Both the position numbers and the translations under genes were made by a program. This document shows, in pieces, positions 55,491-64,000 of a stretch of DNA of 64,000 bases. Numbering within the stretch: the first letter of the stretch is position 1; every line of letters starts with the position of its first letter. The notes under the pieces were generated by a model. That model was given only the letters and a program-made list of their open reading frames with translations, had not been told where the DNA came from and searched no databases. This DNA comes from Clostridia bacterium. GTDB taxonomy: Bacteria; Bacillota; Clostridia; UMGS1840. The DNA lies in contig JAZQKB010000015.1 in the NCBI GenBank assembly GCA_045541975.1, positions 27,773-91,772 on the forward strand. The letters are read 5' to 3'.

Positions 55491-55520
55491 ACTGTATCAT
55501 AACAAGAGGACATTTGTCAA
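55491..55520 (-). promoter_or_regulatory. Possible promoter of the 1066-aa Hint-protein gene
   Basis: On the minus strand: TTGACA (55520..55515), an 18-nt spacer, then TGaTACAGT (extended -10-like). Confidence 0.35.
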
Positions 55521-55612
55521 GATTTTTTGATGATTTTCAGCAAATATTCGGTGTAGGGAACGACCTATGTGTCGTTCCATTTTTGTGGTGATGCCAACCT
55601 AAAAAAGATAGC

Positions 55613-55647
55613 AAAAAGCCCCGCAGGAAAACCTGCAGGGCTTTTTT
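55613..55647 (-). terminator. Rho-independent terminator of the giant gene
   Basis: The minus-strand RNA reads GCCCUGCAGG-uuuu-CCUGCGGGGC (one G-U pair) followed by UUUUU. Confidence 0.8.
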
Positions 55648-55663
55648 AGAATTAGGTTTTGGA

Positions 55664-58600
55664 TTAGTTCATATGGAGTTCTAGCAGGAAGATGATTTCA
55701 TCGAAAGTAATAAATCCTTTTCCTACAGAAACCTTAAAGATGGGAAGATTCAGACCCATAAATTGTTCATAGGTAACATAATCTTCAAAATCTTCATAAG
55801 TGTATAAGCCGTAGGTTTCGATGTCTGCCTGCATAGCAGCTTCATCATACTTCATATCTTCACCAACTGCGAAAGGCATTAAGTAGTTTTCACTGCCTTC
55901 CACCTGTCCGGGAGTTAATGCCAACATACCCTCTACAATACAGTTATGATGTTCTGCAGTCAGAACAGACCAGCTTTCGGTGTACTGTTCTTCAATGTTG
56001 TAATCAACCAATTTAGCCGTTTCGTTGCCGTTTTCGGTGTAAACCACGAAGGTATGTCCAATATAATCTGCAACATTGGTGTCACTGAGCATTACGAAAC
56101 GTTTTGCATCCACATCGTAGAAAGCGTGTCCTCCGATGGTGTTTACTTTGCTTCCATTATCGAAGTATACAGTTGTTACTAAGTAATTATCGTAACCATG
56201 GTTGTCAATAATTACTGCGGGTCTAGCAGTATATTCACCGCTTACGAAGTCCCAAACAAGCAACTGATCAGCATAGGTCAATTCGTCAACCCGTTTCTGG
56301 CCACCATCTGCTAAAGTGATTAACGTATCGGGGGTGAAACAGGTTCCGCTACTGGAGGCTTCAATCGTAACATTGGAAGCAGGCATGGTAAAGGTATAAG
56401 TACCAGCTGCGCTCTGAGACAATATGGTATTATTTGAAGCATCCTTAACGGTCAGCGTTTTGTTGTTATTCTGTGAGAAGGAAACGGTAACGCTAACAGT
56501 CTCATTATAATAAGCTGTAGTTTTATCTACGGTAACAGTTGCGTTGTTCTGCTTGGAAATAGTAATAGTATACGAAATATGTGTCCACTGTGCATATAAG
56601 GTGATATTTGCAGTGGGGGTATACGGACTTTCTATCTTAGTTCCTCCGGATGCTGCGGTGTACCAGCCATCAAAGGTGTAACCGGTTCTGTCATTCGGTG
56701 TGGGTAAGGTTAATGCAGTTCCCAGATAGGTCTGAGAGGTGGTACCGCAAGAACCGCCGTTGGTGGTTGCATCATAAGTTACCACAACAGGATCTTTCCA
56801 CTGTGCATATAAAGTGATATTTGCGGTGGGAGTATAAGTATTGCCACCGATACCAATCTTAGTACCGCCGGATGCCGCAGTGTACCAACCGTTGAAGGCA
56901 TAACCGTCACGGGTGGGTGTGGGCAAGGTTAACGTTGTGCCTTGGTAAGATGCACTTGCCGGGGTAACAGATCCGCCGTTTGCATTGTAGGTTACGGTAT
57001 ATACCGGTGACCACTGTGCATACAGGGTAATATCGCCGGTTGCCTGATAGGATGCACCTGCAGCACCAATCTTATTGCCACCCTCTGCTGCATCATACCA
57101 ACCGGTGAACCAGTAACCGTCACGGGTAGGTGTGGGTAAGGTTAATGCAGTTCCGGTGTAGTTGTCAGAGGTTCTGTCGCAAGAACCGCCGTTTGCATCA
57201 TAGAGTACGGTGCTGGGTTTGCCCCACTGTGCATATAAGGTGATATCTGCAGAGGGAGTGTAGGAATCGCCTGCGCCACCTACTCTGGTACCGCCGTTTG
57301 CTGCAGTATACCAACCGGTAAACATGTAGCTTCCGCGTTTGGGTGTGGGCAGGGTGACAGAAGTGCTTACAGAGGTTGCATATGCGGTGGTCTGTGTGCA
57401 GGTACCTTCGTTTGCATCAAAGATTACAGTCGCTTTGATGGTGGTGCCAAAGGTTCCGGTGGGAACAGAACCATTTTCGCAATTTGCAAAGGTTACAGCG
57501 CCGGATTTAATTTCCACACCGTTGTTACCGATGAAGGTATAGTTGGAAATTACCCAGGTGGTAGTAGTAGCACTGGTGGTACCGCCGTTTACATAGTAAA
57601 GAGTGTTGCCACTTGTGTTCAGCGTACCAGTATAGGTAGAACCGCCGCTTACTGCTCTTGCGGTGGTATCAACATTGATCACGCCGCCGTCAATTAATTT
57701 TACTTCAATCAGAACGTGGTTTGCACTGGTGTAACCGGTAATGGTTGCACTTGCAATCTTGTTAAAGTCGTTATCGCCGTCAAATCTTAAGTATGCGTCC
57801 TGACCGTTATAGTCATAAATTTTTAAGCCTGCCAGGAAGGGTAAGTACTGGGTCTGACCGCCTGCAAAGATGCTCTTTTTCGCATAACCCATAACCTGCT
57901 TGGAGGTATCATAGTCAAAGTAAGCATCAGGAATGCTGTTATCTTTTAAGGAAACGGTAATGGTTACATTCCAGCTATACTCTTTGGTATCGGAAACGGT
58001 AACACCGTCTTTATCGTAGAATACCGTGTCGGTTACGGTGTAGGTTACGGTATAATTTCCTGCATTGGATAAGGAAACTTTTCCGTTGGTTACAGCAACC
58101 GCATTGCCGTTTTCGTCATGACAGGTGATGCCCATGCCAAGATCCTGACCGGTATACTTAGTGATATTTACCATAGTGGAAAGATCAAATTCTTTGGTAT
58201 CGCCGGAGGGGAACATTACATTGACAACTTTATTCAGCTTGCTTTCCACATAGCAGAATTCGTCTCCACCTTCATCCGGTACCTTCTGTCCGCCTAAGTC
58301 GTCGGTGAAGTTAAACTGCGGTTCGTACCAGCTATTTTCGGTAGACTTGTCTGCATTTTGATAATCGGAATAAATCTGATCTGCAGTTGCATTTTTCAGA
58401 GAATATGCATTACCGCTGACACCCGAAATAGAAACAGTACCAAAGTCGTAAGGTAATCCGGTATTGTTGGTAATAGGCGCATCATAGGTGTTCATATAAA
58501 TCAGAGTTAAGTTGGATGCGGTTTTACCGTTTACAGTATGATTAAAGTCTTCTGCTCTTACTGCTGCATCAATAATCTTTTGTGCTGCTTCGTCAGACAC

Positions 58601-61600
58601 TGCATTCTTATCGTCTGCAGTTACCCAGTTATACTGTTTTAATTCGCCGTTTAAGACAATAGCAGGGTTATCGTTGGTTTCAGGACCAACTATGATACCT
58701 GCACCCATCATAACCTTGGTAGTATCAACAACGGTGGAGTTGGTCTGATACTGAATGGTAGTTAAATTATCCAAGGTTACAGTATGACTGCTGTTACTCT
58801 GAATCTGCATATTTGCTACCACACCGTTTTCCAAAACGGTATCTTTTACGGTTACATCACCGGTGTTTACAAAGATGTTGTTTCTGCCACCGTAGATGTA
58901 ACAGTTGGAGATGGTAGCATTGCCGGATGCTGCCACTGCAGACAACTGATAGTAGTATCTGATTTTAGTAGTATCCGAAGTATCTGTTTCGGAAGGACCG
59001 GAGGTTACAGCCTGACCGATGGAAGCACTGCTGTAATACAGATATGCATTGGGATAAATGGGTGCCACAATTCTTACGTTATCTAACGTACCGTTTTCGG
59101 ATACAGTTACAACACCCTGTTTCAGACCGTTTTTCAGATAACGTCCATCACCGGAATAGGTCATGGTGAAGCCGTTTCCGTAGAAGGTGTAATCACCGGA
59201 TACGTTTAAGGTGCTAACACCGCAGTTATTCAAAAGAACAATGTTGCCGGAAGTTGCGTGAGTTGCACCGATTGCATTGGTTGCATCCACAACTTCTAAG
59301 TATAATTCGGTGGGGATACAGTAATCGTTATCGGTAACAGTTACTTTTACCACACCGGTTCCGGTGAACGTGATGTTCTGGGTAGAAGCATCGTAGCTTC
59401 CGCCTGCTGCACTACCGTCAACTGCTTCCACAGTAACAGCCACAGTACCGATTTCGGCATCTGCTTTCGCTTTGAATAAACTGCTGAATGCAACAGTATT
59501 CTTATTACCTACACGGTAGAGATAGGATTCTGTATTCGGGAATACTAAATCAAATTTTTCTACCGGCTGTAAGTCTACCACTGTCACAGTAATCGTGGTG
59601 GGAGTACAGAAGTAGTAGTCGGTAATGGTGATGGTTGCTGCACCCAAACCTTCAAAAGCTAAAGTACCCTGTGTCCAGTCGGTAGCGTTTGCTTCGTAGG
59701 TTGCAGTAACCGTGCTGGTTTCATCTGTAGGAGATACCATTACCTGAACATTTGCACCAACAATTTCAACTTCATCCTGTGCAGCTGCTTCAAACAAGTC
59801 GCCAATGGTTACTGTGGTGCCGGTAATATAGGTTTCTTTTGCGATAGATTTGAATTTTTCAACAGAATTTGCTTCTACTCTGTCTAAAATGGTGATGCCT
59901 TCAAAATAAGTTTTTCCGTCGTTATAAATGGGAACGTTTTTCACGCCCCAGCCGGAGCCTTGAAATAACTGATTGAAAGGCAGGTAAATGTGCTGTTTGT
60001 CTTCTTTTAAGTCGGGCTTGCCGTCACCATTTTCGTCGATGCTTTCTTCATAGCCTGCATCTTCATGGTTCCAAACTGCACCGTCTACAAAATGGTAACA
60101 GGTTGCATTTTCGGTAGCATGAGTACCGTTTACTACCACATAGTTCTTACGACCGGTAGTGGGAATTGCGGTGGTTACACCGTCCACAGTAACGGTCATA
60201 TTCGCTACATCCACACTGTCTACTTCATCCAGTCTGGAGAACTGATGGTCGTGAGTGTAGGATGCGATGGAATTTACAACCATTTCACAGTAGTAATAAT
60301 TGTTCCAATCACCAAAGTGAACGGTACAATTTTTTGCGGTGATGCCGGTCATGTCAGGAACGGTATAGCCGTTTTCGTCGGTAGTGTTTGCCTGAACCGT
60401 ACCGATCATCATACCTGCATAACGGTACCAGTAGTACTGGTAGTTACCGCAAACGTCATTAAATACGTCCAGCTGTGCAGCAACGTGGCAGTTTTCAAAA
60501 GATACGCCACATTTGCTGTCGGGATAGTATCTACCCATAATACCTGCGCAGGCAACGTCATAGCTGCCCCACAGCGCAGAGATTTTGTTGGTGTTATCTA
60601 CGGTGATATTTCTAAAGATAATGGGAGTATTTTCAATGTCAGTTTTTTCTCTGGAATACCAGCCGCCGCTACCAACGATACCGCCGTTACCAATGTTGTA
60701 AACACGGGGATTACAGTTGGTAATTGCGATGTTTTCAAAAATAGCGCTTCTGCCTTCCCAGCTTTCCGCATAAGTAGCGATCACACCGGTAGTGGTGATT
60801 TCACCGTCGGATTTGAAGTTATCCACAGTTAAGTTTTTAATGGTTGCACCATAAACTTTACCAAAGATACCCATACCGTCACGGTAATACTGTTCTTCGG
60901 GGGTATACCATTCGTGGTCACCTTTCATTTCCCAGGTGTTCTGGTAAATGTTTTTAATCGTGTGACCGTTCCCGTCGAAGGTACCCATGAAAGGCTTCAT
61001 TCCACTGGTGATAGCGGTATTGGTTCTTTCGTAGGTATATTCGGAGTTATAATAACCAACGGGATAGAAAATTTTATTGGGATCATTTGCTTCTTCGCCG
61101 TCGGCAAAGTTGATATCGGAAATCAGCTTAAAATATTTCCCGTCAAAGGAATCCTGAGTGCGTCCTTCCATACCGCCAACAACGGCACTTAAATATGCCA
61201 TCTGGTCTGCATTGGCAATGATATAAGGATCACTTTCCGTACCGGTACCACCGGAAAATCCGGTAGCGATGTTACCTTCCCATCCCTGCTCGGTTTCTGC
61301 AACCACAGTGATTTCGGAGAAGGTTGCCAGTGCAACTGCAAGAGTACCGTCTGCCGGATCATAGGTGAACTGGTTATGAGCAACTAAATCTTCTTTGGTT
61401 GCCACTTCTTCCATTTTAACGGTTTCGCCGTCTTCCACATGGTATAAGCTTAAGTTCCCTTTGTTGTAACCGGGTTCGATTGCTTCGTTTACGGTAACAA
61501 TAATGGGCGTGGTGTTATAATCGGAAACGCCTTCCACGTGAACGTCCATTGCAGACAAACTTTCATGTTCGCCTGCTTCTACACCGCTTTTAGAATCTTC

Positions 61601-64000
61601 CAAAACGGAGGTAGAAAGAGCCAAGGCAGTAGTGCCTTCTTCCATGACAACGCCTGCAGGAACTTCTGCAGTTACATTGGCAGAGGTAAGAACCGTAGCT
61701 TCGGTGGTTACATTCACATCAGGGTGATATACATAGGTTCTGCCGATGGTGTAGAACTCAGTTTCGTCTTCGGGATTATAAATGCGAAGTTCTAAAGTTA
61801 CTTCTAAATCGGGATTTGCCTGTTTGAATGCATCGGTAAAGTAGATACCGCAGTCAAAATCTTTCACTTCGGTGTAGATATCGTAACAGGTCAGTTTCAA
61901 TCCGCTCTGTCCCATTAATTCTGCTGCAGTTTCCATCACACGGATAGGAGTATCTGCCTCTAAGGTTGCATCTTCAAAGGGTACGGATACCCAGTTTTCA
62001 CTCCAAGCATCATACTGACCGGAAAGATAACCGTCTGCAGTACCGTCTGCATTGATGGTTACTTCTTTGTTTACGGTTAATACATAATCTGCATACCAAT
62101 TGCCGTATTTTTCAATCTGTTCTGCAGTGGGAGTATCTGCTTTGAAGTTTAAAGCAAAATCCAAGTCAACCGGCAGAGTGGTTACATCCAGCTCAGTTAC
62201 GGTTGCAGTGGGCAGATTGCCGGGACGGTATGCATAGCTTCTGCCGATGGTGTAAAACTCAGTTTCGTCGTCAGGATTATAAATGCGAAGTTCCAGAATG
62301 ATTTCTAAGTCTTTGTTGGCTGCTAAGAACTCGTCCGTCAGACTAACACCGCAATCGAAGTCTTTTACTTCAGAGTATACGTCATAACAGGTGAGTTTTA
62401 AGCCACTCTGACCCATCAACTCTGCCGCAGTTTCCATAATTTTTACAGGTTCGTTGGCAGGTAGGGTAGCATCCTCAAAGGGTACAGATACCCAGTTTTC
62501 ACTCCAGGCATCATACTGGCCGGAGAGGAAACCGTCTGCACCGCCATTAGCATTCAGAGTGATTTCTTTGTTGGTTACCAGTACGAAATCGGCGTACCAG
62601 TTGCCATATTCTTCAATCTGTTCTGCAGTGGGAGTATCTGCTTTGAAGTTTAAAGCAAAATCCAAGTCAACCGGCAGAGTGGTTACATCCAGCTCAGTTA
62701 CGGTTGCAGTGGGCAGATTACCGGGTCTGTAGGTATAGGTTCTGCCAATTACATAAGACTCGCTTTCGTCTTCGGGATTGTAAATTCTTAATTCTAAAGT
62801 TACTTCTAAATCGGGATTTTCCTGCTTAAATGCTTCGGTAAAGAAAATACCGCAATCGAAGTCTTTCACTTCGGTGAAAATGTCATAACAGGTGAGTTTT
62901 AACCCACTCTGTCCCATTAATGCTGCTGCAGTTTCCATAACTCTGATGGGAGTATCTGCTTCTAAGGTAGCATCCTCAAAGGGTACAGATACCCAGCTAG
63001 AGCTCCAAGCGTCATACTGACCGGAGAGATAGCCGTCTGCGGTGCCGTTTGCGTTAAAGGTTACTTCTTTGTTTACGGTTAAAACATAATCTGCATACCA
63101 GTTTGCATATTTTGCAGCCTGTGCTTCCGTGATTTCGTCAACTTTGAAGTTTAATGCAAAGTCTAACTCAACCGGCAGAGTGGTTACATCCAGCTCAGTT
63201 ACGGTTGCAGTGGGCAGATCACTGGGTTTGTAGGTATAGGTTCTGCCGATGGTATAGGATTCTTCTTCATTTTCCGGATTGTAAATCTTTAATTCTAAAG
63301 TTACTTCTAAGTCCGGATTTGCTGCTTTAAATTCGTCGGTGAAGAAGATACCGCAATCAAAATCTTTTACTTCGGTGAAGATGTCATAACAGGTGAGTTT
63401 TAACCCGCTCTGTCCCATTAATGCTGCTGCAGTTTCCATCACTCTGATAGGAGTATTTGCTTCTAAGGTTGCATCTTCAAAGGGTACGGATACCCAGCTA
63501 GAGCTCCAGGCGTCATACTGACCGGAGAGATAGCCGTCTGCGGTGCCGTTTGCGTTAAAGGTTACTTCTTTGTTCACGGTTAATACATAATCTGCATACC
63601 AGTTTGCATAAACTGCAGCCTGAGCGTCGGTAATATCATCTGCTTTAAAGTTTAATGCAAAGTCTAACTCAACCGGCAGCGTAGATACGTCCAGCTCGGT
63701 TACGGTTGCGGTGGGCAGACTAACTGGTCTGTAGGTATAGGTTTCACCAATAACATAAGACTCGCTTTCGTCTTCGGGGTTGTAGATTCTTAATTCTAAG
63801 GTTACTTCTAAGTCGGGATTTGCCTGTTTAAATTCTTCGGTGAAGAAAATACCGCAATCGAAGTCTTTTACTTCGGTGAAAATGTCATAACAGGTCAGTT
63901 TTAACCCACTCTGTCCCATTAATGCTGCTGCAGTTTCCATCACTCTGATGGGAGTATCTGCTTCTAAGGTTGCATCTTCAAAGGGTACGGATACCCAGCT
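55664..64000 (-). CDS. Giant secreted surface protein (at least 2778 aa in window, 5'-truncated) with tandem repeats, beta-helix regions, Listeria-Bacteroides repeats and a C-terminal Hint module plus conserved tail
   Basis: The frame stays open from 63943 to 64000 (SWVSVPFEDATLEADTPIR then VMETAA..), so the true start is outside the window. 'GGTGTESDPYIIANADQMAYL' and 'GTFDGNGHTIKNI' are typical entries into beta-helix/GLUG-type domains. The C-terminus reads 'SSSGT/CFTPDTLITLADGGQKRVDEL..GGHAFYD..HHNCIVEGMLAL' followed by an 83-aa tail. Confidence 0.85.
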   Translation of the reverse strand, partial: SWVSVPFEDATLEADTPIRVMETAAALMGQSGLKLTCYDIFTEVKDFDCGIFFTEEFKQANPDLEVTLELRIYNPEDESESYVIGETYTYRPVSLPTATVTELDVSTLPVELDFALNFKADDITDAQAAVYANWYADYVLTVNKEVTFNANGTADGYLSGQYDAWSSSWVSVPFEDATLEANTPIRVMETAAALMGQSGLKLTCYDIFTEVKDFDCGIFFTDEFKAANPDLEVTLELKIYNPENEEESYTIGRTYTYKPSDLPTATVTELDVTTLPVELDFALNFKVDEITEAQAAKYANWYADYVLTVNKEVTFNANGTADGYLSGQYDAWSSSWVSVPFEDATLEADTPIRVMETAAALMGQSGLKLTCYDIFTEVKDFDCGIFFTEAFKQENPDLEVTLELRIYNPEDESESYVIGRTYTYRPGNLPTATVTELDVTTLPVDLDFALNFKADTPTAEQIEEYGNWYADFVLVTNKEITLNANGGADGFLSGQYDAWSENWVSVPFEDATLPANEPVKIMETAAELMGQSGLKLTCYDVYSEVKDFDCGVSLTDEFLAANKDLEIILELRIYNPDDETEFYTIGRSYAYRPGNLPTATVTELDVTTLPVDLDFALNFKADTPTAEQIEKYGNWYADYVLTVNKEVTINADGTADGYLSGQYDAWSENWVSVPFEDATLEADTPIRVMETAAELMGQSGLKLTCYDIYTEVKDFDCGIYFTDAFKQANPDLEVTLELRIYNPEDETEFYTIGRTYVYHPDVNVTTEATVLTSANVTAEVPAGVVMEEGTTALALSTSVLEDSKSGVEAGEHESLSAMDVHVEGVSDYNTTPIIVTVNEAIEPGYNKGNLSLYHVEDGETVKMEEVATKEDLVAHNQFTYDPADGTLAVALATFSEITVVAETEQGWEGNIATGFSGGTGTESDPYIIANADQMAYLSAVVGGMEGRTQDSFDGKYFKLISDINFADGEEANDPNKIFYPVGYYNSEYTYERTNTAITSGMKPFMGTFDGNGHTIKNIYQNTWEMKGDHEWYTPEEQYYRDGMGIFGKVYGATIKNLTVDNFKSDGEITTTGVIATYAESWEGRSAIFENIAITNCNPRVYNIGNGGIVGSGGWYSREKTDIENTPIIFRNITVDNTNKISALWGSYDVACAGIMGRYYPDSKCGVSFENCHVAAQLDVFNDVCGNYQYYWYRYAGMMIGTVQANTTDENGYTVPDMTGITAKNCTVHFGDWNNYYYCEMVVNSIASYTHDHQFSRLDEVDSVDVANMTVTVDGVTTAIPTTGRKNYVVVNGTHATENATCYHFVDGAVWNHEDAGYEESIDENGDGKPDLKEDKQHIYLPFNQLFQGSGWGVKNVPIYNDGKTYFEGITILDRVEANSVEKFKSIAKETYITGTTVTIGDLFEAAAQDEVEIVGANVQVMVSPTDETSTVTATYEANATDWTQGTLAFEGLGAATITITDYYFCTPTTITVTVVDLQPVEKFDLVFPNTESYLYRVGNKNTVAFSSLFKAKADAEIGTVAVTVEAVDGSAAGGSYDASTQNITFTGTGVVKVTVTDNDYCIPTELYLEVVDATNAIGATHATSGNIVLLNNCGVSTLNVSGDYTFYGNGFTMTYSGDGRYLKNGLKQGVVTVSENGTLDNVRIVAPIYPNAYLYYSSASIGQAVTSGPSETDTSDTTKIRYYYQLSAVAASGNATISNCYIYGGRNNIFVNTGDVTVKDTVLENGVVANMQIQSNSSHTVTLDNLTTIQYQTNSTVVDTTKVMMGAGIIVGPETNDNPAIVLNGELKQYNWVTADDKNAVSDEAAQKIIDAAVRAEDFNHTVNGKTASNLTLIYMNTYDAPITNNTGLPYDFGTVSISGVSGNAYSLKNATADQIYSDYQNADKSTENSWYEPQFNFTDDLGGQKVPDEGGDEFCYVESKLNKVVNVMFPSGDTKEFDLSTMVNITKYTGQDLGMGITCHDENGNAVAVTNGKVSLSNAGNYTVTYTVTDTVFYDKDGVTVSDTKEYSWNVTITVSLKDNSIPDAYFDYDTSKQVMGYAKKSIFAGGQTQYLPFLAGLKIYDYNGQDAYLRFDGDNDFNKIASATITGYTSANHVLIEVKLIDGGVINVDTTARAVSGGSTYTGTLNTSGNTLYYVNGGTTSATTTTWVISNYTFIGNNGVEIKSGAVTFANCENGSVPTGTFGTTIKATVIFDANEGTCTQTTAYATSVSTSVTLPTPKRGSYMFTGWYTAANGGTRVGGAGDSYTPSADITLYAQWGKPSTVLYDANGGSCDRTSDNYTGTALTLPTPTRDGYWFTGWYDAAEGGNKIGAAGASYQATGDITLYAQWSPVYTVTYNANGGSVTPASASYQGTTLTLPTPTRDGYAFNGWYTAASGGTKIGIGGNTYTPTANITLYAQWKDPVVVTYDATTNGGSCGTTSQTYLGTALTLPTPNDRTGYTFDGWYTAASGGTKIESPYTPTANITLYAQWTHISYTITISKQNNATVTVDKTTAYYNETVSVTVSFSQNNNKTLTVKDASNNTILSQSAAGTYTFTMPASNVTIEASSSGTCFTPDTLITLADGGQKRVDELTYADQLLVWDFVSGEYTARPAVIIDNHGYDNYLVTTVYFDNGSKVNTIGGHAFYDVDAKRFVMLSDTNVADYIGHTFVVYTENGNETAKLVDYNIEEQYTESWSVLTAEHHNCIVEGMLALTPGQVEGSENYLMPFAVGEDMKYDEAAMQADIETYGLYTYEDFEDYVTYEQFMGLNLPIFKVSVGKGFITFDEIIFLLELHMN
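56582..57432 (-). repeat. Four ~70-aa Listeria-Bacteroides (Flg_new-type) repeats within the giant protein
   Basis: The pattern '..(Y/F)DANGG.C....Y.GT.LTLPTPTR.GY.F.GWYTAA.GGTKIG..G..YTPT..ITLYAQW' occurs four times. The DNA motif ccactgtgcatata recurs with a ~210-bp period. Confidence 0.75.
61726..64000 (-). repeat. Tandem 501-bp (167-aa) repeats, at least 4.5 units, continuing past the window edge
   Basis: The unit start 'METAA(A/E)LMGQSGLKLTCYD' recurs with its first codon at 63940, 63439, 62938, 62437 and 61936, exactly 501 nt apart. Units are highly similar at the protein and DNA level. Confidence 0.9.

Noticed and set aside
55667-56341. True (splicing) intein inserted in a host protein
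   Set aside because: The module sits at the extreme C-terminus and is followed only by a short tail. It lacks the terminal His-Asn plus Cys/Ser/Thr splice junction, and no homing endonuclease is present. It fits BIL/Hog-type better.
60065-60832. 255-aa + strand ORF inside the giant gene, with similar antisense ORFs at 14714..15199, 27571..28062, 34614..35102 and 41776..42492
   Set aside because: These are shadow ORFs antisense to strongly supported genes. They have no RBS and skewed Gly/Val/Cys/Ser-rich compositions typical of reverse-frame artefacts.
1-64000. CRISPR arrays, prophage, integrative elements or defence islands
   Set aside because: I saw no short regularly spaced repeats and no integrase, transposase, recombinase, capsid or terminase-like products. 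The tRNA cluster shows no adjacent attachment-site-like duplication.

Overview
This 64-kb chromosomal window comes from a low-to-moderate GC Gram-positive bacterium. It looks Clostridia-like (SLH wall anchors, a CIRCE-hrcA-grpE-dnaK-dnaJ operon, a Spo0A_C-like protein), but the taxon is inference only. Nearly all genes at 1-44.4 kb and 52-64 kb are on the minus strand.

Block A (1-31.2 kb) is a one-directional glycan-utilisation locus of about 30 kb. In transcription order it encodes a GH29 fucosidase, a URO-D-like protein, an Fe-S L-serine dehydratase, an epimerase-like protein, a DapA-like protein, two ABC permeases, a membrane-anchored AraC regulator and a lipoprotein binding protein. These are followed by a PL8 chondroitinase-ABC-like lyase with no signal peptide and five large secreted proteins. 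The secreted proteins include an SLH-anchored heparinase II/III-like lyase and proteins with SLH, discoidin and LamG modules. One ~300-aa module occurs three times.

Block B (31.3-47.6 kb) is housekeeping: a 5-tRNA operon, hisF, a Nudix hydrolase, prmC, DUF1385, an SdpR/SdpI pair, the dnaK operon, HU, MazG, an M23 peptidase, greA and lysS.

Block C (47.6-64 kb) is accessory. It holds a BlaI / sensor-less M56 (BlaR1-like) operon followed by two membrane-anchored genes whose 5' ends share 88 nearly identical nucleotides. It also holds two paralogous giant secreted beta-helix proteins: one of 1066 aa, and one of at least 2778 aa that is 5'-truncated by the window and carries 501-bp tandem repeats. 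Both end in a Cys-Phe-Thr Hint (Hedgehog/intein-like) module followed by a conserved ~80-aa tail. This is the most unusual candidate system in the window.

I saw no CRISPR array, rRNA, transposase, integrase or phage genes. All family assignments rest on motifs read by eye and need HMM or structure confirmation.
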